Assembly (NCBI GenBank): GCA_051294375.1
Contig: CM119265.1
Location: 4,791,192 to 4,855,191 of the forward strand
Direction of reading: 5' to 3'
Origin: Paraspadella gotoi
Lineage: Eukaryota; Animalia; Chaetognatha
DNA length: 64,000 bases
In this document: one piece after another, positions 55,404-64,000 of the stretch
How positions within the stretch are numbered: position 1 is the stretch's first letter
Layout of the letters: every line of letters starts with the position of its first letter
The notes under the pieces: generated by a model
Databases searched by the model: none
What the model was told of the DNA's origin: nothing
What the model saw: only the letters and a program-made list of their open reading frames with translations
Made by a program: the position numbers and the translations under genes

Positions 55404-56800
55404 CTCATCCTTAATGATCCAATCTTGCTTTTCCCAACTCTTTCTCAATGCTTACAACCAATATTTTAGTTCCACAGCAACTAACGACCCACAATTACTT
55501 TTTTTCACTCCCGATATCTTTCACTCCCACTGCCTTATGTCCGCCGTCCCTGCCCCCTCCTGCCCCCCTGATCTCCCCACTTCATCCCGCACCCCTCCCC
55601 CTCCGATTCGCTCGTCTATCTCGACTTCACTCCGATGGCTGATCATCAACTTCTTCTCTTTTAAAAAAAACCATTTTTCCTTACTTCTTCGATGTAAAAA
55701 AGCTCCTCTCCTCTCTCTCATCTCTCTTCTATCTCTCTCTCTCTCATCTCGTCTCTCTCTTCTCAATCTCTCATCTCTCTCTCTCGCTCTCTCTCTTCTC
55801 TCAAAATTATCCTTGCTTCTCTTTATTTTTAAATCCCTTACCCACTCCGTCTCAGCCTTCTCTTTTGGCGACTCTAAATATTTGTTATCGTTTATTTTTT
55901 AGTTTATCTTTTTATATTCATCCCTTTGCTCTACTCTCCATTTCCGCTATAGCCAGCTTTTTTTTTCTATGTACCTTTTTTCTTTAGTTTCTCTTTCCCC
56001 AATGTACTACACAGTATATAATAGCTCATGAACTGTTAAATTCCGAACGATTTCCTTTATTTGTTCTTATTCATTCTTTTTATACAAGTTAAGACTAAAC
56101 TGGTTGTGTCCGCGACCGAAAACCTTCGTCCTTTGGGGTCTTGTTTACTTCTGTTTTTGACTCCACACTTGAGCAGAAAGACGAGAGATGGAATCAGTAA
56201 AAAACAAAAAAAAATAAAATTTAACTCTTCGATTCGGAAGACAAAAAAACATTTGAGCCCATCAATAAAACCCTGACGAATCTGAACTTCGAACGTTCAA
56301 AAATGACGCATCAAAAAATGCCTAGGAAGAGGCTCAAACCCCCTCAATGGCCATTTTCAGTAGCCACCCCATCGAAAGTACGCAGCATCATCTCATCTCT
56401 TCCTTCCCTCGTTTTTCCGTTTTAACCCGGAGAAAAAAAACAACCTGGTCGCCGCCTTGAATCCCATTGGCCGACGTCGCTGGCGGAATTCCAACTCGAT
56501 TTCGGAGGGTGTTGGGTGGTTGCTCGTGCTTGGGGGCTGCTTGGTGGGCAGCTTGGTGGGCAGATTGGTCCGTTTTGTTACTTCCTGGTCGGGAAGTTGT
56601 GCCGAGCAGAATTGTGAACGATAACAATGAAGCCTTCGAAAAGAACTCGATAATTATGGCTTATTTTGCTGATTAAAAGATAACTTTGACTCATCGCAAA
56701 ACAGATTTATGTCAGTTCTCGACTTATTTTTAAATCTACTGAAGTCCATAGTTTGTTTTGTTTGAAAGTCGTAAAAATCAAACTGATGTTAAAACTCACG

Positions 56801-56823
56801 ACCGGAAGTCACGTGACTTTCGG
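56801..56823. promoter_or_regulatory. Near-perfect 22-bp palindrome containing the E-box GTCACGTGAC overlapping an ETS core (ACCGGAAGT)
   Basis: ccggaagtcacgtgactttcgg has one mismatched pair. The inner aagtcacgtgactt (56806-56819) is a perfect palindrome. Confidence 0.35.
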
Positions 56824-56830
56824 AGAGGAA

Positions 56831-56866
<36 letters not shown>

Positions 56867-57328
56867 TATCGGTCGAGAGTTCTTTTGGCTTCGCAAGAGG
56901 GAGTTCGATCAAAAAGTCAAAATAGGGAAAAAAAATGAGTAAAAACAAAAGACCGAGGTCGACCCGTAATAAAAAGCAATTGACATTCGCGACCTTGTAA
57001 ATTCGGTTTAAAAAAAGCGAAATAAAGACAGAAAGAGAAAAGGAGGAGGAAGAGGAAGAGGAAGACGGAGTTAAAGTTGAATGAATTTAGTCTATATAGT
57101 ATAAAGAAAGGGAAATGATTTTTGTGTTAATCGGAAGACAAGAATACAGATGTCGACGGTCCTTGAGAATTTCTCGTGAGTATTACGCTCAGAGAAAGAT
57201 CGAAAGGGAATGAAAGCGCTGAGAAAATTTGTCAGAGGCTCTTCTTTACTCTTTCACCTCTACTGCAGAAATTTAGTATTATTTAGTATTATTTAGTGTT
57301 TTTAATGCATGTAAGATATCGTTTTCCT

Positions 57329-57362
<34 letters not shown>

Positions 57363-57663
57363 NNNNNNNNNNNNNNNNNNNNNNNNNNNNNNNNNNNNNN
57401 NNNNNNNNNNNNNNNNNNNNNNNNNNNNNNNNNNNNNNNNNNNNNNNNNNNNNNNNNNNNNNNNNNNNNNNNNNNNNNNNNNNNNNNNNNNNNNNNNNNN
57501 NNNNNNNNNNNNNNNNNNNNNNNNNNNNNNNNNNNNNNNNNNNNNNNNNNNNNNNNNNNNNNNNNNNNNNNNNNNTTGTTCTCTCGTATGGTATCATAAA
57601 TCTCAGGGTCTTTAATTCTATTTCACGACAGAAGCTCATTTAGTTTAAATGAACGAGTGAAAT

Positions 57664-57698
<35 letters not shown>

Positions 57699-58837
57699 NN
57701 NNNNNNNNNNNNNNNNNNNNNNNNNNNNNNNNNNNNNNNNNNNNNNNNNNNNNNNNNNNNNNNNNNNNNNNNNNNNNNNNNNNNNNNNNNNNNNNNNNNN
57801 NNNNNNNNNNNNNNNNNNNNNNNNNNNNNNNNNNNNNNNNNNNNNNNNNNNCGCCGTGAATGATGACAGGCTAAGGGCTGGATGGCTGGTGTGACAAAGG
57901 AGAAATAACTGATCAGACGATAATCCATATGATTTAAATTAAGAAAGTGAATCACGCTTAACAGTCTGTGAACGATTCTTGTTTAGGATCGTGAGTTGGA
58001 AACTCCCGCAATGAGTGATGGCGATAAAAGCTCAGAGCGAACGAGTTAAAAAATCCGGAAAAATCGGTGATAATCGAACAAATTTATCAAACGGGTTTTT
58101 TTTTCACGAATCCCGTTTGGAATGGGAGAGAAAAATGGCAAAAAATCCAAGTCTGAGATTTAATTAATCACACAAATTAATCTTTAAAAATGACACAAGT
58201 TAGTAGAATCGCGCGAAATGATAAAAAGGTCCGATTAAAAAGACGAATTTCTTAACTGCGACTCAATTGACGCTTTTGGAACGTTTGAAAGATGAAGAGG
58301 AAAATGATAAATAAAACAAAGGGGAGAAGGAAGAGCCCATATGGGTGGGAAATGCTTTGGATGTACAGGCGCCGCTTGTCTCGTTCTAATGATTCATAAA
58401 CTGGCAAAAAAAAAAGGAAAAAAATGGGGGAACTTCCTTCCGACGTCGGACCCAAAGGCGCCGCGTCATCTCTCGATCCTCAGGGACGTCGACGCTTTCC
58501 GGCCGCCACGCCCTCGGCTCAGCGGAGAAGGTCGCCGGAATCCTCTTACCACCTTTAGCCACTTTTAAAATTGTCCTTCTTCTACATAGAATTTTTAAAT
58601 ATAATTCGAAAGAACTAATCTAACGAAACCTCTTCCAACCAGCTACGCCGCCCTACACTTTCTCGATGCTCGAATACCCTTTCTTCTTTCCCCTTTTTAC
58701 GTCCTTGCCACCTCGACAATTTTCCACCTCGAAATCGCCCCCCCCCTGCCCCCGTTAATTCATTCCCTCCTCCTCTTCCCCCCCCTTCGCGTCGAGGGGC
58801 AAACGAGCATCGAGTCCGCGTCAGCAGAAAAATTTTC

Positions 58838-58934
58838 CCATTACGCATCTCGCCTCCCGCGCGCGACGCAATTCCGCTCTCGGCGCTACGCATTCCGCTA
58901 TTGGCGCTACGCATTCGGCATTTGCCATTACGCG
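58838..58934 (+). repeat. Degenerate repeat of about 21 bp, 4-5 units (gcgctacgcattccgctattg-like)
   Basis: An acgca core recurs about every 21 nt. Confidence 0.65.
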
Positions 58935-59188
58935 TTAAGGGATACTCAAACTTCAAGCCCAAAGCTCGTTTTTGTTTTATTGTCTGGGTTGAGATGTAAG
59001 TAAGCAATGTGCGGTAATGCAGTGAGAAGGAAGTTGGTGAAATGATAAAAAAAAAAAAATGGAGGACGAGAAATTTATTTCAAAAGCGTGAAAATAAAAT
59101 GAAGTCGATATTTAAAGCGAAGGCAGGAGAAAGAAAACAGAAGGAAGAAAATATAACATTTTTAATTGAAAAAAAAAATTGGAGAGAG

Positions 59189-59243
<55 letters not shown>

Positions 59244-60163
59244 AGAGAGAGAGAGAGTCATTAAATATTTTTTCCCTAGATACGCGAGAATGTAAATGTT
59301 TTTCTTTGGTTTGAATTAAACTCGCGTCGAATTTTGTTTCCGTTGATTCATCGTCGATGCGAAGATTACAATTTTTTCTTCTTTTCTTTTTTTTTCGATT
59401 TTCTTTTTCTTTTTTTCTTCTTTTCCCAAAATAAAATCGGCGAAATGATTTTATTTTTCTCTCTTTCTTTTGTCTGTGGAGGAAAAAGAAAAGAATTCTA
59501 GGATTTTTATCGGAGTCTTCGGGGCTTATTGGATTATGTATGGGTTTCCTTACTTTTTTTAATTTTGTTCTTTTTTAGTTTAGTATATCTTTTTTTTGTA
59601 ATATTTATTCGCTTCAATACATTTCGTTTCAGGATTGAATAAAGGAGACGAAGTAAGAGAAAAAAATACAATCGGAAATATTGTCGATATAAATTTGAAA
59701 TTGAGGGAAAATGAAAGAGATAAATTAAAAGAAGAAAAAGTTACTCTACTTAATAAATGTGACAGGAAAAGAAAAGAGCCAAAGAAGACAAAAGCAAAAT
59801 CGATGATGGAAAGTTTAAAGAAACGAATTTGAGTTCGCCTTTGTTTTGCGCCGATCAAGTACATACGTAGACTACAATGTGGCTTGTTTTTAATGGGATT
59901 TCTCAAGACAATGTTCCGAAAAATTAAATGTCAACTTGAGAGGAAAGAGCGAAGTTTTTTGTGGAGTAAGTAAAAATAAAAAATGATAAGATGATGAAGT
60001 ATATTATTACTTTTATAGTTATAAATGGTGCGTCGAAAGGAAAGAATATGAAAGTAAGAATAAAAAATATTGAAATTCTAAGAAAAATTAATTATCGATT
60101 AATTTTTCACGCTGACTCTTTTTCTTGAGCTTTCTCCTTTCCTCTCTATTTAAGTTCCTCCAT

Positions 60164-60218
<55 letters not shown>

Positions 60219-61843
60219 CTTCTCTCCATTCTACTCGTTTTTTTACTTTCACTTTCACATTCTCCTTGTTTTTTTTCTCTCACACTCGTTCAAAATCAAT
60301 TTGAAATTCAAATTTACGATTTACTCTCATTCCATTCCCACCTCAGCCTCGTTCCAATTTTATTTTCCTCTTCTTTCGCTCTCCCTCCTTTTCCTCCGGC
60401 CACCGGCAGAAGTTGCGTTTGCAAGCGGACAGCGACATCTGTGTTGTTGATAGTTGAAGTTTCGATTCAATCAAACGAGAAACTGGTTTTGCATTAAATC
60501 TCAAAACATCATACGTAGAAATTCGAAAATCAAATGAAGACCAAAAAGTCTCATTATTGGCTAAGGATTAAATCTAAAAATTGAGAAAATTGAAAAAATC
60601 GATGAAAATTTCTTTTGAATTTGAATTTTAAAATATGCAAATTGAAAATTGAATCTCAGCTCTTCTCTCCAAACCTCCTCACACGGAGTCAGTGACCTGT
60701 GATTGCAGAGCGACTAAACTGTAACCACCATTTGGTCGAATATCCAAGTAGCGTCGGTCTTCAAGTCATGTGACCCTGTCTTNNNNNNNNNNNNNNNNNN
60801 NNNNNNNNNNNNNNNNNNNNNNNNNNNNNNNNNNNNNNNNNNNNNNNNNNNNNNNNNNNNNNNNNNNNNNNNNNNNNNNNNNNNNNNNNNNNNNNNNNNN
60901 NNNNNNNNNNNNNNNNNNNNNNNNNNNNNNNNNNNNNNNNNNNNNNNNNNNNNNNNNNNNNNNNNNNNNNNNNNNNNNNNNNNNNNNNNNNNNNNNNNNN
61001 NNNNNNNNNNNNNNNNNNNNNNNNNNNNNNNNNNNNNNNNNNNNNNNNNNNNNNCCGGTGGCGTCAAATGCAAATGTCGCCAAAACGGGTCGTGTACAGG
61101 ACGTTCAATCGCGAATCGAACTTACTCGGCAACCAGAAACTCACCACTTTTTTTCCCCTTCTTTTCTCTTTCGGAGAATTGTTTGATCGAGAAGTTGGAG
61201 ACCCACCCGTGCGTCGGCGAAGGTTTAAACTACAAAGAGACCTACCTCGTTTCTGGGTCACGCTAATGAAGTCGATTCTCAAACTCTGAAAACCGAATCT
61301 TGTTTGCCGTCACAGGTTTTCAGAAAATCAGAGAAAACATTGAAACCTCGTTTTGTCAGCTGTCTTTGTTTGGGCGCTCTCTTTCCGTCTCTCTCTCTCT
61401 CTCTCTCTCGTCATCTCTCTCTCTTCCCTCTCTCCTCTATTTCTCCTCGTCTTTTTTTTTTTCTCCGGTTGAACTAAATTATCTCGCCATGTTTCCACCT
61501 CATTTTTGTTATCGCATTTTCCCAGGGAATTGTACTTTAGAGTGCTTGCTCTCTCTTACCCACATCTCTTCCTCTCCTCTCTCTCTCCTCTTCCTTCCTC
61601 ATCTCATCGCAGGCTCTTCTCTCCCGGTTCTCTCTCGACTCTCCTGCATTGTCATCTTTCTCGTGCTCTCTCTGTCTTTCTCATCAATTTCCCGACAAAA
61701 AAAAAAAACTGCTCTTTCTAACATGATAGAGCCTCATAAAAAGGTTTTGGAGGCTTTTTTTTCCTTTCATGAATGAAATGAATGTAAAAGGGGGAAAGTG
61801 AGAGAGAAAGAGAGAGAGGATAGAGAAGAAGAGGAGAGAGAGA

Positions 61844-61925
<82 letters not shown>

Positions 61926-62251
61926 TTCTATTCTTGGATTCGGCGGAATGGCGAAATCGAATTGTACAGAGAGTAAGTCGTTAGGTTGAAAGAAAATAAA
62001 ACTTTTTTAGGTCTTTACACTTGACCTTTTTCTTTCCCACTTTTTTTATTTAAATTTCTTTATTTCTTTATTTCTTTATTTCTCTATTTATTTTTTTTTC
62101 TTCAATTCATCAAGCGAAACAATAAAATTTAAATTTCTAAAAAAGTCGATAACTAAGAAGCAGAAAAAAATATTATTGCCTCTTGGAAACAAAAGGTTCA
62201 TTGAGAATCTATGTTTGCGACTTTGCGTGGAGCGCGGAAGAAAAATCAATA

Positions 62252-62288
<37 letters not shown>

Positions 62289-64000
62289 CAGGTAGAGAGA
62301 AAAAAAAATTCCTGGTGAGTCGTCGACGCGCGCATATTGATTGGGAAAACGTCAACCCCGACGAAGCGAAGGTCGACGGAATTGGGTGAGTGGGAATCGA
62401 GGTAAGTTCGAAGGGAGAGAGGGGAGGCTGAGCGGGACGCGGGGTGAGGCTGAGGTGAGTTCGGGTGGCCTCTTTCAAGGCAGGATCACCTGCGTGACGA
62501 AAGAGAAAATTTCTTTTTATTTTCTCTTTGAGATCTCAGGTTGTCGAATTCCGGAGGTCGTTTCGTGCGAATGAAACCAAAGGATTTCGACTTAAATCTA
62601 TAATACTAACTAAAACTAACAAGTTACTAAATAACGAACGAAAATAATCACACTATGCGACTACGAAACGAAGGATTTAACAATAGTTAACATCTGTATG
62701 CTTAGTGAACGACTTCTTTTTATTTTCCGCTTCGTTCCTGATTGAATTAAATCCCCTACCTTAGAAAAAAAAACATTTTTGTATTTGTATTCAACCCTTT
62801 TTTTCGACGCTTACCCTTTGGGACGAAAAAGAAATATAAGGAGAGAAAACAAAAAACAAGAAAATAAGGAAGGGAGGAAAAAATAGAAAAAGGAAGGGAG
62901 GAAAAAAGTAGTAATAAAATGCGATTGAGAGGAAAAAAACAACTTTCGACCCCAAAGCCAAGTAGTAGAGGCTTGAGTTTGTTTGTTTTCATTTTATAGC
63001 TGACATGGTCTTCGTCGTCGTTGTCGTCGTCGACGTCGTCTTATCGTCTTTGCTGTCGTCTTCATCGTCGTCTTTGCCAGTATTTGGCTTGGATTCGGAA
63101 AGGGTTTTTTCCAGACATGAAATTTCTTCCTCCTTTTTTTTCCGATTTTATTTGTTTTGATTACAAATTCGATACGAAATAAGAGGTTTTAAGTGATCGA
63201 TTTCGTCCGACAGAGAGCAGAACTGGAGGCCGAATTAAAAAAAACAAAAGACCTAACTACTTCTATAGAATAGGTTCGCAATTGTTTTTTGGTCATTTTT
63301 ATTTCGGTCATTTGACTAGGACAGAGCCTCCTTGATTCTTTAAATTACAAAACCAAACAAAATTCTAAGAACAAAAACGAAGTTATCAAAAAAAAAAGAA
63401 AATTTTCATCCATTCAGTAAAACCAACGAATTGAATTGCAGAACAGAATTTTTTTTTCCCCTTCTCTCTCGTGCGTGGTAATTTATTCGTTAAGGTTGAG
63501 GTAAAAAAGAAAAAAATATGTCAAAAAACCCTTTTTTTCTAATCTTTATCTTTTTTTTTTATTCTTTGTTTCTCTCCCTTTGTCTTTCTCCTTTTTTTCT
63601 CGATGCCCATTTGGCATCAACTCTTATTCTCCTTTTTCTTTCCGCGCACTGCTACAGTTTTTGCCAAAATGGTTTTTTGTCCGCTTCTACTAACGACATG
63701 ACTGGACCGCCGCTGTTGCAGGAACCCAGTCGCAGTCGCAGCAGCAGCAGCCTCAACAGCAGCCGCGGAATCCGATCGATTTTTTCTCTACAAATCGAAA
63801 GCGAAATTCGATGCAGAACAAATTTGAGGAGATTCGACGTCATTAATGCGTCGCGTGTCGATTTCGAAGAAACGTCGGCGGAAGAAATGTGGGCGCCTAA
63901 ATTTCTTTAATCTTCAAAGGTTATTTGAAAATAAAACATAGATAGATTAGATACATAACGATCTAAATAAACTACTTAAAGCACAAGCCTATTAAGAACG

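Larger units (their letters stand above)
51593..64000 (+). other. Next intron of the Ddr-like gene (no downstream exon found in window)
   Basis: Donor gtcagt at 51593. The expected continuation of the discoidin domain (a GAWCP-type motif) was not seen in the readable sequence. Confidence 0.6.

Noticed and set aside
63690-63830. CAG-rich stretch after tgttgcag as a possible next exon
   Set aside because: In the required phase it gives an Ala-rich peptide ending in a stop, with no discoidin similarity.

Overview
This is eukaryotic draft-assembly sequence, probably from an invertebrate animal. It is AT-rich but not CpG-depleted, dense in (GA/CT)n and (GTC/GAC)n microsatellites, and has many N gaps. 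The window appears to hold the 5' end of one + strand gene, a discoidin domain receptor (DDR)-like gene. A probable first coding exon lies at 563-1049 (phase-1 donor GAAG|gtaagg). A clear discoidin (F5/8 type C) domain exon lies at 51487-51592 (GQCRVSLGMQSGNIPDDAIAASSSYDSASVGPHNAR). About 50 kb of assembled intron separates them, and I could not find the next exon in the window. Two intronic regions (about 2.85-7.8 kb and 11-25.8 kb) are tangles of direct and inverted copies of the same sequence, with long-read-like indel noise and gaps of exactly 25 N. They are most likely gap-filling or fold-back artefacts that inflate the intron by roughly 12 kb. Nearly all ORFs in the supplied track are microsatellite or N artefacts. 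I see no prokaryotic genes, RNA genes, CRISPR arrays or transposase. I cannot support a novel biological system here. The best leads are recursive-splicing-like signals, an unusually placed signal peptide, and intronic motif clusters.
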